A DNA stretch of 64,000 nucleotides, taken from contig OZ024743.1 in assembly GCA_964016885.1 (NCBI GenBank), positions 323,764,001-323,828,000 on the forward strand, read 5' to 3'. Each line of letters opens with the position of its first letter. Within the stretch, counting starts at the first letter, position 1. Position numbers and translations under genes: made by a program. Origin of the DNA: Eledone cirrhosa (taxonomy: Eukaryota). Of this stretch, positions 1 through 14,445 are shown in pieces. The notes beneath the pieces are model-generated. The model did not search any database. It was not told the DNA's origin and saw only the letters and a program-made list of their open reading frames with translations.

Positions 1-71
1 CCTCAACTGTAGTGGAAGTAGATATCCAGATAAGGTTAACTCTTTTCCCCATTTCAGTGGAATATGTCCTT

Positions 72-620
72 CAAATCTGGGTACTGTCACCCTAAACTTC
101 CACAGAGAGCTGATGATAACCTCATAGCTTTAGCCACAAATCTGGGTACTGCCACAGAAGAGCTGATGATAACCTCATAGCTTTAGTCACAAACCTGGGT
201 ACTGCCACAGAAGAGGTGATGATAACCTCATAGCTTTAGTAACAAACCTGGGTACTGCCCCACTAGACTGCTACAGAGGAGGGAAGATAACCTTATAGCT
301 TTAGTCACAAACCTGGGTACTGCCACCCTAGTTTGCCACAGACGAGCTGAAGATAACCTCATAGCTTTGATCCCAAACCTGGGTACTGCTCCACTACACT
401 GCTACAGAGGAGGGGAAGATAACTTCATAGCTTTAGTCACAAACCTGGGTACTGCGACCCTAGATTGCCACAGACGAGCTGAAGATAACTTCATAGCTTT
501 GATCCCAAACCTGAATACTGCCACCCTAGACTGCTACAGGGAAGCTGAAGATAATTACATAGCTTTGATTCCAAACCTGGGTATTGCCACCTTTGACTGC
601 CACAGAGGAGCTGAAAATTA
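72..620. repeat. Minisatellite, about 63-bp unit (some 51-bp units), about 9 copies
   Basis: Recurring gataacctcatagctttagtcacaaacctgggtactgcc. Confidence 0.9.
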
Positions 621-906
621 CCAAATCAAGACATTGATTAACTGTTTTCTTTTTATGCTGGTTGCCATTCAAGGATTCCAGTATCCTCAGTCCCTGGACT
701 GCTGCTTTCCTCAGTCAAATTGGGAGGTGAGTATATTACCTGAAGAAACCCCATGACATGGAATGGCTGATACAGTAGGTGTCACTGACTATTCTATATA
801 ACAATGCTATCATTATCTTGTCTGCAGGATGCAGCAGAGATATACCACTCAGTCAAGGGTATTGAGTGCCTTCTCCACATCTCTCCTCTTTTCTTGCTGT
901 CATTTA

Positions 907-1104
907 TGAGGGTTGGCTGAAAGGTTCATAGGCTGACTATGAAGGAATAATGCTAGAGCTGTGAAATTTTGCATGCAGTGATTTCAACTCTTTTGAATAA
1001 TAACTGCATTATTTCATTCCATCGACTATATAGAAAAATAAACTTTATTTAGTCATTCCATGAGAGTATCTTGGTCAGTCTATGAACTTTTCAGTCAACA
1101 CCCA
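907..1104. mobile_element. Tc1/mariner-type MITE
   Basis: Imperfect TIRs gggttggctgaaaggttcataggctgac and gtcagtctatgaacttttcagtcaacaccc; TA flanks. Confidence 0.65.
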
Positions 1105-1521
1105 TATATATAAAGGTCTTATGTATTATTAAGTACAAAAAAAAAGGTAAACATCTAAAACCTTCCATCTTAATTTTATGCTAGAAATTTTACTCCAATG
1201 TTGATTATTTTCAAAATTACTTGAAAATAATAGGCACTAGAAATATGGTAAAGAAAGGGTTAATAAGCTAGAATAACTTGTAAGAAAAACTGAACAAAAT
1301 GCCAAGTTTTTAATGAGTTGTGATCAGTTGACAGAGAAAGCAAAGTAATTTTATCACATCCTTCGTTTGTCAGCTTAATGGAAGGAAATGATTAGAACCG
1401 GAGTTGTCTAAAATCTCAGATATCTGTGTCAATGTGTTACTCTATTTATACATTAATACAGCTTCACTTAACCCTTTCTTGACCAGATTTCTAACGAAAT
1501 ACACTCTATTTCAATTAATTA

Positions 1522-1720
1522 ATTGTTTCTACTTTAGGCACAAGGCCAGCAATTTGAAGGGAAGGGGAAAGTCGATTAAATCACCCCAGTGCATATTTTA
1601 TCGACACCGTGAGGATGAAAGGCAAAGCTAACCATGGCAGGATTTGGACGTAAAGAGCCGTAACTATATGCTATGAAGCATGGTGTCCGATGCTCTACCA
1701 ATATTTCCAATCCACTGCCA
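1522..1720 (-). mobile_element. Second tRNA-SINE family (core ttttatcgaccccgtaaggatgaaaggcaaagttaacctcggcgggatttgaactc, possibly Meta-domain-like)
   Basis: Dispersed repeat with more than 10 copies in the window; intact copies have the B-box gagttcaaatc on the minus strand. Confidence 0.75.
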
Positions 1721-2427
1721 TGGATTAATTAATTAATTAAGAATTTTTAGGGATTTACTAAAATCATTCATTATTTCATTACTACCTAAACCTAACCCTA
1801 AGTCTAACCCAAACCAAAACATGGTTCTTATATAAAATTATGTTGGATGAAGATTTTATGTTAAATAGGAACTCTTAAATGCTCCACTCAAATGAGTAAA
1901 GGATTATCCAATCTGGACTGCTACTGTCACTGCAGTTGAGAGCAACAGGCTCCAGATGTTTAAACACTTTAAAATAAGTGGGTTTGTAGCATAGAAGCAG
2001 AGCTTTTTTTTGGCTAAGTTAGTATCAAAATTGTTTCTGTTCAGATATGCGTATTTATAGTATATATATCAGCTGCTTAGAACAAAATTCAACTCTTTTA
2101 ATACCAAATTGCCTGAAATTGCTCTTTAGTCTATAATACAATCTCTTTTTTAATGTCTATATTTATATAAGGTGTATTATGGCCTTTTTGGTTAAAGTGT
2201 TGAACTTACAATCATAATGTCATGGGTTAGATTCCTGGATTATGTGACACTTTGTGTTTTTCTTTCATGTTGTTCCAGTATGTAGCAGCAGTAGCTGGGG
2301 GTTAACCCTGCGATAGAGTGGTGTCTTGTTCAGAGTAGGGAGTGATGTCTTGTACTCTCAGTCACTTAATGCCAGCCTGATAATTCTGATGGCTTGGGAC
2401 AGACTTTAAATTAACTTAAATATTTAT

Positions 2428-2850
2428 AATTGTTTCCACATTTGGCACAAGGCCAGCAATTACCCAGTGCATTACTGGTACTTTATTTTATCGACCCTGT
2501 AAGGATGAAAGGCAAAGTTAACCTCGGCGGTATTTGAACTCAGAATGGCAAGGGCCGTAACTCTATACGTCAAAGCATGGCGTCTGACCCTCTACCGATA
2601 CTGCCAATCCACCGCCTAACTTAAATATTTATAATGGTTTCTGATTTAGGGATAAGGCAAACAGTTCTGGGAAGAGGAAAGTCAATTAAATTGACTCTAG
2701 TGAGTTACTGGCACTTTATTTTATTGAGCCCGAAAGGATGAAAGGTAAAGCTAACCTCGATAGGATGTGAACTCAGAATATAAAGGGATTTAACTCTATG
2801 CTACAAACTATGTTGTCTGATGCTCTACCGATACTGCCAATTCATCACCC
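2428..2850 (-). mobile_element. Two adjacent copies of the second SINE family
   Basis: Copies at about 2428-2617 and 2634-2850 with the same core and B-box. Confidence 0.8.
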
Positions 2851-3331
2851 TTTAATATTCATAATAAAAACTTTCCATCATAATTTTATGTAGGAACCTT
2901 TGTTACATTCTGTTCCAGGCATTAACTTAATAATGAGAAAATTAGTTTTATTACTAAATCCCTCCAAAATCTTTATTATTTGACAATCATAGGCAAGGTC
3001 TTTCTTCAGAAATATGGTAATGAAAGGGTGAATGGAAGTCATTTGAAGTTCCGGTGTCAAAAATCTAAAATATATTATGAAGCCACATGGCTTATTGATT
3101 AGAGAGTTGGATTTACAATCATGAGGTTGTGAGTTCAATTCTTGGACTAGGTGATGCTTAATGTCCTTGAGCAAGCACATTGCTCCTTCTACCAGTTGTG
3201 ACTGGTAGATGGTATTAGCAATTGGAAAGATTAATGGAAACATTGTTTCCTTGGTCCAATCTGAATATTTCCACCCACTTGGTAAGCAAATGAGGTCTGG
3301 AATTTTGTTGATCATTAAAAAAATATATATA

Positions 3332-3367
<36 letters not shown>

Positions 3368-4074
3368 AATGATTGACAAGATCTCAGACCTTATTCACTT
3401 ACCGAGTGGAGTGGAACTCTTCAGGTTGGACCAAGGAAACAATGTTTCCATATATATATATATATCAGTGTCTTTGTTTACATACACATATACACAGCTT
3501 CACTTCAACCTTGTACTTATTCAGTACAGAATATATATAAATATATTAGCAGTAACACTATTTCACATCAGAGGCTTCTATGGAAACATATACAATATGT
3601 TTATGTATAATAAACACCCATAGTCTCACTGTGGGCATGGCACAGCTACATCAGTAACCATGTATTTATAGTATGTTCCAGTTTTAATGATGAGTGTTCC
3701 AGTTGTTAAATGGAACAGCCCGCTCATGAAATAAATACGTAAGTGGCTGAGCATTCTACAGACACATGGGCCCTTAACACAGTTCTCAGGGAGATTTAAC
3801 ATGATTTAAGGCTAAACCTTTAAATTACAGGTACAGTCCATTTTGTATTATAGTGTCAGTCAGTGAGTATTCTACAGACATATGTACTTTTAATGCAATT
3901 CTCAGGGAGATTCAGTGTGACAAGGCTGGTCATTTGAATTACAGGTATAGTCTATATTTTATTATAGTGTCAGTAGCTGAGTATTACACAGACACATGTA
4001 TCCTTTTTATAATTCTCAGGGAGATTCAGTGTGACACACTTCTAAACAGCTTCTATCTCTGAATTTTTCCCCAG

Positions 4075-4342
4075 CAAGTCATGGGTTGATATGAGGTTAA
4101 TGTCGTGGGTTCAATTCCTGGACTGGGTTGTGTGTTGTGTTCTTGAATAAAACACTTCATTTCACGTTGCTCCTGTATACTCTGTTGAAAATGAGTACCA
4201 GCTATAGCTGAGGGGTTAAAACTGCAATGGAATAGCATCCTGTCCAAGGGGTTGTCTTGTACTCTCAGTCACTTCACACCATGGAAACTGGGATAAGTAC
4301 AGGCCTGATGAGCCTCTGAGCTTGAGACAGACTTTATCTTTG
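4075..4342 (+). mobile_element. Old tRNA-SINE with a Deu/Nin-like central domain (related copy at about 2175-2410)
   Basis: ggttcaattcc B-box followed by aactgcaatggaatagcatcctgtccaagggg...gtactctcagtcactt...gacagacttta. Confidence 0.55.
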
Positions 4343-5904
4343 AATTTAACAAGGTGCTAAACAGTGGTACTAAACCCAGAACTTTATGATTGTGAAGCAA
4401 ACTTCTTAACCTACATGCTACATCCAGATTTCAGTCTCTTACTACAGTTTAATATGTGAGGGATTTTCAGTTGTGTCAATGTCATGACAACCTTTGTAGT
4501 GTTGGTGTAATAAAAAAAAATGCACCCAATACACTCTGTACAGTGCAGGAATGTATGCAAGCAAGATGAGGGCTCCTGGTTTGTCTGTGATGACACTAGC
4601 TCTGATTATCAACAGACTTGGTCTGTGACAACCTGTTCATCCCTTGCTAAAGCAAGGATAAACGAATGTTAAATGATGATGATGGTGGTGGTGGTGGTGG
4701 TGATGATTCATGAAACAGTAACTCAATACCTGTAAGTTGAATATCAGCAGACATAGCTAGAGGTCCAGTATTTTCAGAAAAAGCAATTCCTCTACTGTCG
4801 TAGAACTATATCAATTTGGATATTAACCAAATATTAAAATCAATAAAAAATATTATGATACTATTTTTTGTTTCTTTTAACAATTATTTTATTCTACCAT
4901 TTTTCTCATTGTTTTAAAGATTCAATATCTGGCTTAGTTTCATGTTTTATGATGTAAAGTATACTATTTATTGTAATTGTTGTTTAGTCCCAGGTCAATC
5001 CTGATTGAGTTGACCTATGGTCAAAGGTGTTCCAACCATGACCATTTTATCTATTTAAGGATAATATTAGACTACATTTTTTAATTGATCGATTGAATTG
5101 ATTGACAAGATCCCAGCCCCCATTTGCATACCAAGTGGGGTGGAACTCATCAAATCAGACCAAGGAAACTATGTTTTTATTGGTCTTTCCATTGCTGATA
5201 CTATCTACTCATAGCAAATTGGCAAAGTTGTTAGAGTGTCACTAACCCTTTAGCATTTAAACCAGCCGTATCCGACCCAAATTTTCAAACCGGTTGTTCA
5301 TACTTAAGGTATTGTTCTCAAAATAAATAATATCAAAATCTCATAGATTCGATACTATATAATTGTGTGAAATAAAGTGTTTACCATGAAAATACAATAG
5401 TATACATAAAGTAATGTAAATGCTAAAGGGTTAAATACTTTGCAGTGTTCAAATCCTGCCAAGGTCAACTTTCACTTGTATCTTTTAAAAGTTGAACATA
5501 TTTCATCTTTTCAAATTCAATAAAAAGGACCAGCACAGTACTGGGATCGATTCTTCCTCTATATCCCTTCCCCACTCTCTCTCCTGCTCTGGAAGAAATC
5601 AGTTGAGTTCAGACATGAAGATGGGATGAGCTCTATCAGGTTTAAAATGCTCAACACACACAAGATGTCATTATGGTACTCAATACAACTTCACCAGGTG
5701 TTACAGGTCCATACATACACAAAGTACCAGTTCGGTTGTTTGTAGTTTTTCCTTTCTTACTCTCTCTAAAAGAACTTAACTGTGGGAAGATATGAAGAGG
5801 GATGGTCTTCACCAGATTCAAAATGCGCAAAACACTTATGTCAGGACATTATTCCAACAGGACCATCAGGAATTTAGAGCTCAAAACCAAGCAACTATAA
5901 TATA

Positions 5905-6405
5905 ATTGTTTCTACTTTAGGCACAAGGACAGCAATTTGAAGGTGAGGGGAAAGTCGATTAAATCAACCCCAATGCATTACTAGTGCTTTATTTTATTGA
6001 TCCCATAAGGATGAAAGGCAAAGCTAACCTCGGCGGAATTTGAACTTAGAACGTAAAGGGCCATAACTTTATGTTGCAAAGTATAGTGCCTGATGCTCTA
6101 CCGATACTGCTAATCCAAAATAATATAAGTGTTTCTACTTTTGGCACAAGGCCAGTAATTACCCCAGTGCATTACTGGTGCTTTATTTTATCGATCTTGT
6201 AAGGATGAAAGGCAAAGTTAAGCTTGGCGGGATTTGAACTCAGAATGCATCAAAGCATGGTGTCCAACTATAATAATTGTTTCTACTTTTGGCACAAGGC
6301 CAGCAATTACCCCAGTGTATTACTGGTACTTTATTTTATCGACCCCATAAGGATGAAAGGCAAAGTTAACCTCGGCGGGATTTGAACACAGATCAAAAAG
6401 GGCTG
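5905..6405 (-). mobile_element. Three tandem copies of the second SINE family
   Basis: Units start tgtttctacttt at about 5907, 6130 and 6278. Confidence 0.8.
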
Positions 6406-6826
6406 TAGTAATATAACATCACTATATCTTACTGATTTTTATATCGAGAACTTTGATACTTAATTTATCCACCACCAACCTCCTAACCAACCTGGTGCTA
6501 TGAGCACCACAACATAGCTATACACGGCATCAGTTGTCCAATAAAATCCTTCATTGGTCAACTCTCCAGACACAGGATGTTGACCTGCTGACCTCTTGAA
6601 TTCAGTGAAGGATTGTGATGAAGTCAAACAAAGTCCAGCAAGCCCAATCAGATGATGATCATGTGTGTGTGTGCGCGTGTGTGTGAGTTTATGTATATGT
6701 ATCTTCAGTAGTTTATTTTTTAAGTAAACATTTATCAAATGTTCTCTTAAATTATTAATAAAAAGAAATGCTTCCAGATGGAGATGGAGAATAAAATAAA
6801 CAGGAAGAAGAATCTAAAACTCTTTA

Positions 6827-7080
6827 ACCTTTTTGATACCAAACTACTTAAAACCACCCCCCAGGTATACAATGAAAAAAATGTCAGCTTAAAATGTTTA
6901 TAATTATTCAAAAACCTTCCATCATCATTTTATGCAAGAATCTTTGTTTTATTTCAAACATCAGCTTATTATTCAGAAAGTTAGTTTATATTATTAAATC
7001 CCATCAAATTCCTGGTTATTTTCAAAATTAATTGAAAACCATAGGCAGTGTTTTTCATGAGAAATACGGTAACGAAAGGG
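6827..7080 (+). mobile_element. TTAA-flanked MITE family 2 (about 255 bp)
   Basis: ttaa-cctttttgatacc ... ggtaacgaaaggg. Related copies at about 1160-1260, 2870-3030, 8692-8925, 14077-14172, 28122-28358, 32465-32690 and 32689-32940. Confidence 0.65.
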
Positions 7081-7533
7081 TAAATAAAACAGAGCAGAAT
7101 AACATGAGTAAGTTAAACAATTCAGACATTTTAATTGGCAACTTTTTTATTTCTATTTAATTAAAAAAAAAAGACAAAAAATGAATGACAAAAAAAAAAG
7201 GAAAAACAAAACAAAAAATTTTATTTTGTTTTGTTTTTAAATTTTGTTTACATTAATTACTGATGCCCCAGGTGGGGCTTGTCAGTCTCATGTTTGCACT
7301 TTAGACAGGTTTATTTATAATCCATTTCTGGATAATTGAGCAAGCCAATGAAATAGAGGCTCCCCTTAGAAAAATCTTTTATCATTTAGTAAAATATTAC
7401 ATATTGCACACCAGAGAAATGTTGAATTATCTAACTTGATCCCTTTCTCTTCAATTGAGGGAGATAGAATTTAGCATTCCACTCAAAAATTCTATATACT
7501 ATTAAAAAAATATATACATCCATAAATAGTGTT

Positions 7534-7564
<31 letters not shown>

Positions 7565-9939
7565 AATGTACACTCACATACATTCTAAAATAGTGTGTAT
7601 ATATATATATATATATATAGTGTGTGTATTTGGTTTATTACAGGTACACTATATCCCTGCATGTAGTAAGAGGTGACTAAATGAGTTAGCATCAAGAAGG
7701 GCATCCAACTGTAAAACATCACTTAAAAAAGTCTTGTGATAGGTATGACTAAGTCTGCGAAGGGGTCTGCAAATATAACTCCATATATAAACATATATAT
7801 ATATATACACACACACATGCATGTACATTATATATATACATTATATATATACTGGTGCCTCAGCATCACCCCAGTCTATTGATCGAAACAAATAACAGGC
7901 TGAATGAGTTGGGGTGTATAACCCGAGACTTAAGTACCTGCATATGTCACTGTTGTAACTAATTATATATATATAAAGAGAGGGTGTCTGGGGTGCTGAG
8001 ACAGGGAAGACCACTAATCAAGAGTACTCAATACATGGGGAAGTGTAGACTGGGTATAGAGGTAGGTCAAATCCTGACCGTGGCATCAAGCAGTTTTGGC
8101 TAGTGACACAAACTGAAACCGCTTGGCGCAGCAGTCAGGATTTTACCCCCCCTCTCTCTCTCTATATATATATATATATAAAAATTTAGCATCATCGTCT
8201 CATTTTACGCCTGCTTTCTATCTATTTCTACAGCTGGAGACCCTTCCTGATGCCAGCCACTGTACAGAGTAGTATATATATTTATTTATACATATATATA
8301 TACACACATATTAAAGACATTTCTTGATATTTCTTTTCTTTTTTACCAATTCCTATTTATTCCAGAAATGGTAACTATGGCAATCATACATAAACGTGGC
8401 AGTAGAACAGACATGCTCTACCACAAAATATATTCTATTTTGTCACATAATTCTTCATATTTCACTGATTCATAAAATTATTATTTCTGGTTGTTATGGG
8501 TTTTTTAGGGAGAGGAGGGTTTCTGAGGGAGGCTGAGGTGGTGCTAAATAGTTAATTCAACACAGAGCCATATTGTAAATGGCAAGAAAAAGGACATATT
8601 AGAACAGCTAAATTCTACATATTGGTAAATTCTTAGCTGGTAAGGGACACTTATTTATAGAGAAATGTTCACTTGAGAGATGCTGGTTGAAACCATTTCA
8701 TACCCAACAGCCTTTGGTTCTACGATACCATGCTGTTTATTTTTTATCTAAAAACCATCCATCATCATTCTATGTAAGAACTTTTGGTAAGTTATGTTCC
8801 AAGTACTGGTTTAATAATGAAAAAGTTAGTTATATTAGTAAATCCCTATAAATTCTTGATTATTTTCAATGTTATTTGAAAATCACAGGCAGTGTCTTTC
8901 ATTAGAAATATCATAATGAAAGGGTTAAAACAAAGTGAGGATAGAAAAGATATACTAATACGATTAAGACCAACTAGGCAGCCACCTAGGGCACGGACCT
9001 CAGAGAGGTACATTACAGAACCTTAAAATCACAGTTTTATACAAATTTATATAATTAAATAATAACTTCTTGCGATCAATAAATAAATCGCTGAACATCT
9101 TTGCTGCGCAGCAGCATTGTGGAAATATCCAAAGTGGTGGAGAGGGTTGTATGGTGTTATGACCTGTCACAGGATTTGGTGTGGGTGAATGTGGACTGTC
9201 TAGTGGAAAATACAGGCTTAATAATTTTGATAGAATGATCAGAGCAATAAGTGTCAAAAGTAGGTCTGTCAGCTTAGCAAACATAAATTAAAATTACTAT
9301 TTGGGACAATAGGGTGCACATTGTAGAGCGAGCCTAGGGTGCTAAATACCCAGGTGCTGACTCTGGTAGTACAGAGGTGGACAATATTTAACTAAATAAA
9401 CCATAGTTAAGTACTATTGTACCATTGTATGACAAATTTATTTTCTATAATGAAAGGCATTTGTCAGTAAAATATTCCTACATGAAAACCATGTAAAGAT
9501 GTATTTTTTTGTCCATTTTCATATATTTAATCATAATTTGATTTTCAGTCCTTCTCATTTTCTGTATTTAAAGAATCAAAACGATAAAATGTTTTCAAAT
9601 AGAAAATGTACAATCTTTGCATGATCATATATATATATATATATATATATATTTATGGTTCTGGAAAATACGACAAGGATTTCTCACATTCATATATATC
9701 ATGCCTGTTTTCAAATAGAAAATTTACAGATTATACATAATAATATATGTTTATGGTTCTTGAAAGCATGATAAGGATTCACACACACACACACAGACAC
9801 ACATATATATAAATATATGTTTTGCCTAAGTTTCAGTTTGCCTAATTCCCTCACTCTATGACACTGCCCCCCCCCCCCCAATTAAGATAAGAAAATCAGA
9901 GCCTCATTCCAAGATTATTAATACTGACAGAAAACTATA

Positions 9940-10278
9940 TTACATATATATATATAAATACACACACATACATATATATATACACACACATACATATATA
10001 TATACACACACACATATATATATATATATACACACACATACATATATATATATATAAATATATACACACATATACATATATAGATATACACACATATATA
10101 CATACACATATATATACACATATACATATACACACATATATATACACACATATGTATACATATACATATATATACACACACACATATATATACACACATA
10201 CATATATATAATTATATATATACATATACGCATATATACACACACACACATTTATATATATATATATATATATACACA
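9940..10278. repeat. Compound (TA)n/(CA)n microsatellite
   Basis: Seen directly. Confidence 0.95.
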
Positions 10279-12204
10279 TTTATCTGAATAGTAAAAACTA
10301 AAATCTTCTGTTACCACACACCCCTAATTTTTCTTTTCCATCCCCTTGCTAAATATATTTGTTTGTGTTTAGAGGGAAAATTCTTTGCTATTCTTTATAA
10401 ATACAAGTACAATGATTCCATTTAGTTATAACATACTAAAGTCCTCATATATACCACAGGTGTCATGACTGAATAGGGGTGGGAGAAAGAGAGAGAGACG
10501 GTGTATCAAGCTAGGAAATTAATGGTCCAGACGTTTTAGCAAGGGCTTCATGTTTGATCATTATCTTTGGGAAAGGGGCAGGAATAAGTTTAGGGTTGTT
10601 GTTGAAATTAATACCAGTAATACACTTGTGTGAAAATAAATCAAACTGGTGAGGAAAAAAACACATTCACCAGTGTCTAAGTTAAATATAGTGATCTTCA
10701 GTAAATAGAAGAATTTATCCAGATTAGAATTGATACACTGTACCTCTGTGTCGTGAGAGGTGATGTAAAGGTTTGGCACCAGGAAGGGTATCAGGCTATA
10801 AAACCACAGCCTCAAAAAGGACTCCATGTTAAGTTGTTTTGTTGTTAGATGTGGAATGCTCAGCCACTTGAACGTTAATTTCATGAGCAGGCTGTTCTGC
10901 TCATTAATCAGCAAGAACAATCACCATCAAAACCGATGGATGTTCATTTCATTCGATCATATGGTAATGATCAAAGATCAATCAGTGAGTGGGTGGATAG
11001 GGCAGGGTGTTAGAGCAGGGTAGGGATTGACTTTTAACTGTGTGGGCGGGGACAGATGGGAGACTAGATTCCTAAAAATGAAATGTTAAAATTATCACAG
11101 ATTAAATTATCCTATTTAATTACAAGGACACAAAATCTTATTGAAACATGGACATAAATTATGGAATTGAAAATGGTGGGTGTATGTGTATATATATATA
11201 TATATATACATACACACACACACCACATCACATATATATATATGTATACATACATACATATACATACATATATATATATATATCAAATTGTTCACTAAGC
11301 AACCAAAATATATAATAAATACATATCTGTAATATCTGTACAAGTATAGTAAACTAGTATCTTGATTTCATGGTTGCTACTACATACGGTAATCTTTATA
11401 AGGCAATCAGTTACATATTTCTTAGTGGTTGGTCAATGACGTACATCTCTTCTGATGAGACCCCCAATAGGAGTTGAAGATCAATTTAAGATGCCCACCA
11501 TGTTTTCAATTTACAGGGAAATATGTAAATTTGACATGTTTACATGTCAATATACTGAATGTGTAAATCCACACACGCATTCACACAGTCTCTTTTAATC
11601 CTGTACTGGACATGTACACATATGCGAGTGTGTGTATATATCTGTGTGTGTGTGTCTTTATATATATTTCATATGATTACATTGTATTTAAAAAATTATA
11701 CTTACTTGATATCAGTAAGTATTGGTATCAGACCAACACTTAAACAATTACTATCTTGGCATGATCAACCAAGGTGGACAAGGCTAATACAACATTCACA
11801 ACACAATGATATATTTACTACAGAGGCTACTAGAAAAATTTATCTGGTTTAATAAATAAAGGCATACAATATATTCAAGATAGTGTTATAACTTCCCTGC
11901 ACACACATACACTCACACACACATACACTCACTCACACACACTCTCTCACTAATATGCATGTTTTATATGTAACCATATGTAAAGACATTTGATCATTAA
12001 CTGAATGAACAATCAATATATATATGTAGAGTATAGTATTTTTTTTACAAGGAAAAGCTTGACAAAAGCTTCAAAGTATTTTACACGGGGAAACTTCAAA
12101 GTCACTGCCAACATTTTTCTCATAAAAATAAACAACTCACATGTATTGAATGTTTCTGTTATACACCCTAACACACATATAACAATTAAACACATATGTA
12201 TACA

Positions 12205-12582
12205 TACATGATTAAATCTCTCTCTCTCTCTGCACAAGTAAAATGTATACATCATGATTAAAGCTCTCTTTCTCTCTACAGGTAAAATGTATACATCATG
12301 ATTAAAGCTCTCTTTCTCTCTACAGGTAAAATGTATACATCATGATGAAAGCTCTCTCTCTCTCTTCGCCCAGGTAAAATGTATACATATATGATGAAAG
12401 CTATCTCTCTCTCTGCACAGGTAATATGTACACAGACATGATTAAATCTCTCTCTCTCTTTCTCTCTGCACAGGTAAAATGTACACATACATGATTAAAT
12501 CTCTCTCTCTCTTTCTCTCTGCACAGGTAATATGTACACATACATGATTAAATCTTTCTCTCTCTCTTTGTTTAGGTAAAAT
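12205..12582. repeat. Minisatellite, about 43-53-bp unit with an internal (CT)n tract
   Basis: Recurring caggtaaaatgtatacat..atgattaaa.ctctct, about 8 copies; downstream of the stop codon, possibly in the 3' UTR. Confidence 0.85.
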
Positions 12583-13072
12583 TATTTTTTTCTCCTTAGT
12601 TTTATTACATGTAATATCCAGCCACCTTGTTATCCTCTTAATTTACACCTTTGATTAATTAAGGTAAAGGTAATGGATAATGAACAACATAAGCAACACT
12701 CTTGATTTAAATATTGGTATAATTTATTTGAAGAACTCTCTCACTGTCTCTTTCTGTCTGACACTCTGCCTCTCTCCTTATTTCGCTCTCACTCTCACTC
12801 ACTCTCTGTCTTGCTAAAGTGTGTTTATCATATTTTATGAAAGTGTATCGAGGCTGTTTGATAGTTCAGTCACATAGGAAATTTCTAAGCCTTGTTGGCT
12901 GGAGAACAGATACTAAATTAGGTGTGTGTTTGTCTGTTTGCTGCGTGTGCCTGTGATAAAATGTGCTCCTATGCCAGTTAGTCACCAGAGTTTAAGAATT
13001 AACAGCATAGGTAGTAGTGGTAATAGTGGTAGAAGGAAGAGAAGTAGAAGTGGGGGTAATGGGAGGGTCAGG

Positions 13073-13251
13073 TCAGGAAGTAGAGTGGCAATCATGAAGA
13101 AAGCTGTTCAGAAAGTCAAACGAGGGACGCCTTGGTGCATTAATGTTCCAGCATGTGAGGGCAACATTGTAAATCTCAGCAGGACAATACTGTGGGCAGG
13201 GCATTCGGTAGCCAGACTGAACTTTCTCAAAGGCCTCTTTGCTTCCCATAC
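13073..13251 (-). CDS. Src-family last coding exon (SMGSKEAFEKVQSGYRMPCP...CW...RRPSFDFLNSFLHDCHSTS*)
   Basis: ORF 13073-13363. GYRMPCP, CW and RPSF motifs; acceptor ttacag; TGA at 13073-13075. Confidence 0.95.
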
Positions 13252-13509
13252 CTGTAAAATAAAACAACATTAAATAAAATAATAATAATAATAATAATAT
13301 TAAAAACACACACAGAAATACATAGCCCAAACCCCAGAACCTACAAATATATACAGCATACAAAAGATAGCACTACTAGGCACTGCACACATATTACGAA
13401 AAGTGCTATCAATACAATAGAAACATCAGCAGAAACTACACTGCTCATACCCAAGGCTCACAGAGCTGTGCTCGGTAAAGTAGTAATGATACACAATAAT
13501 AATAATAAT

Positions 13510-13833
13510 GTTTCTACATTTGGCACAAGGCCAGCAATTATCCCAGTGTATTACTGGTGCTTTATTTTATCGACCCGTAAGGATGAAAGGCAAAGTTAAC
13601 CTAAAAAAAATAATAATGGTTTCTACTTTAGGCACAAGGCCAACAATATTTGGGGAAAGGGTAAGTCAATTTAATTAACCCCAGTGCATTACTGGTACTT
13701 TATTTTATCGACCCCCGTAAGGATGAAAAGCAGATTTGGCCTCAGTGAGATTTGAACTCAGAACTTAAAGGGCCGTAACTATATACCGCAAGCATGTTAT
13801 CCAGCGTTCTACTGATACTGCTAATCCACTACC
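13510..13833 (-). mobile_element. Two copies of the second SINE family (one truncated)
   Basis: Same core sequence. Confidence 0.8.
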
Positions 13834-14408
13834 CTTAATGATAATGAGGAGGATTTCTTCTATTTGCCACATCAACTCGTCTAACCCATGCTAGCATGGA
13901 AAAATAGACATAAAACAGTTATGATGAAGATGATACAAAATAGCACTGCTAGGTACTGTGAATATATTAGATAGAGTACTCCAAAATTATACATATACGG
14001 GGTAGACGTGGGCTCCTTCAGCCATAGGAAAATATCAATCATTCATAATATAAAGCTTAAATGTTCTTACATAAAATTATGTTGGAAGGTTTTAAGATAA
14101 GTATAAATACTTTAAAACAAACAGTTTTGTATTGTAGAACCAAAGACAGTTTCAGGCAGTTTGATATGAAAAGGAGAGTAGTAGACACTCCAAATAGAAA
14201 CTCTGGGTGGAGAGGACTCTTGTGTGCAGTAAAACAACCTCTGTAGTGCTGGTGGCATGAATAATGCATCCAATCCATACTGTAAGATGGTGATAGAAAG
14301 GGCATCCAGCCAGAAAACATGAACATCATCATCATCCCGTCCAACACATGCAAGTGTGGAAAACTGGATGTAAAAATGATGATGATATACATATATATAC
14401 ACACACAT

Positions 14409-14445
<37 letters not shown>

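Noticed and set aside
72-756. 63-bp repeat as a CRISPR array, coding repeat or tandem hammerheads (contains ctgatga/ctgaaga)
   Set aside because: Whole units are homologous with no unique spacers, there are no cas genes, and no GAAA/stem architecture follows the motif.
1785-1815. Telomere-like cctaac repeats
   Set aside because: Only 4-5 degenerate units, too short to call.
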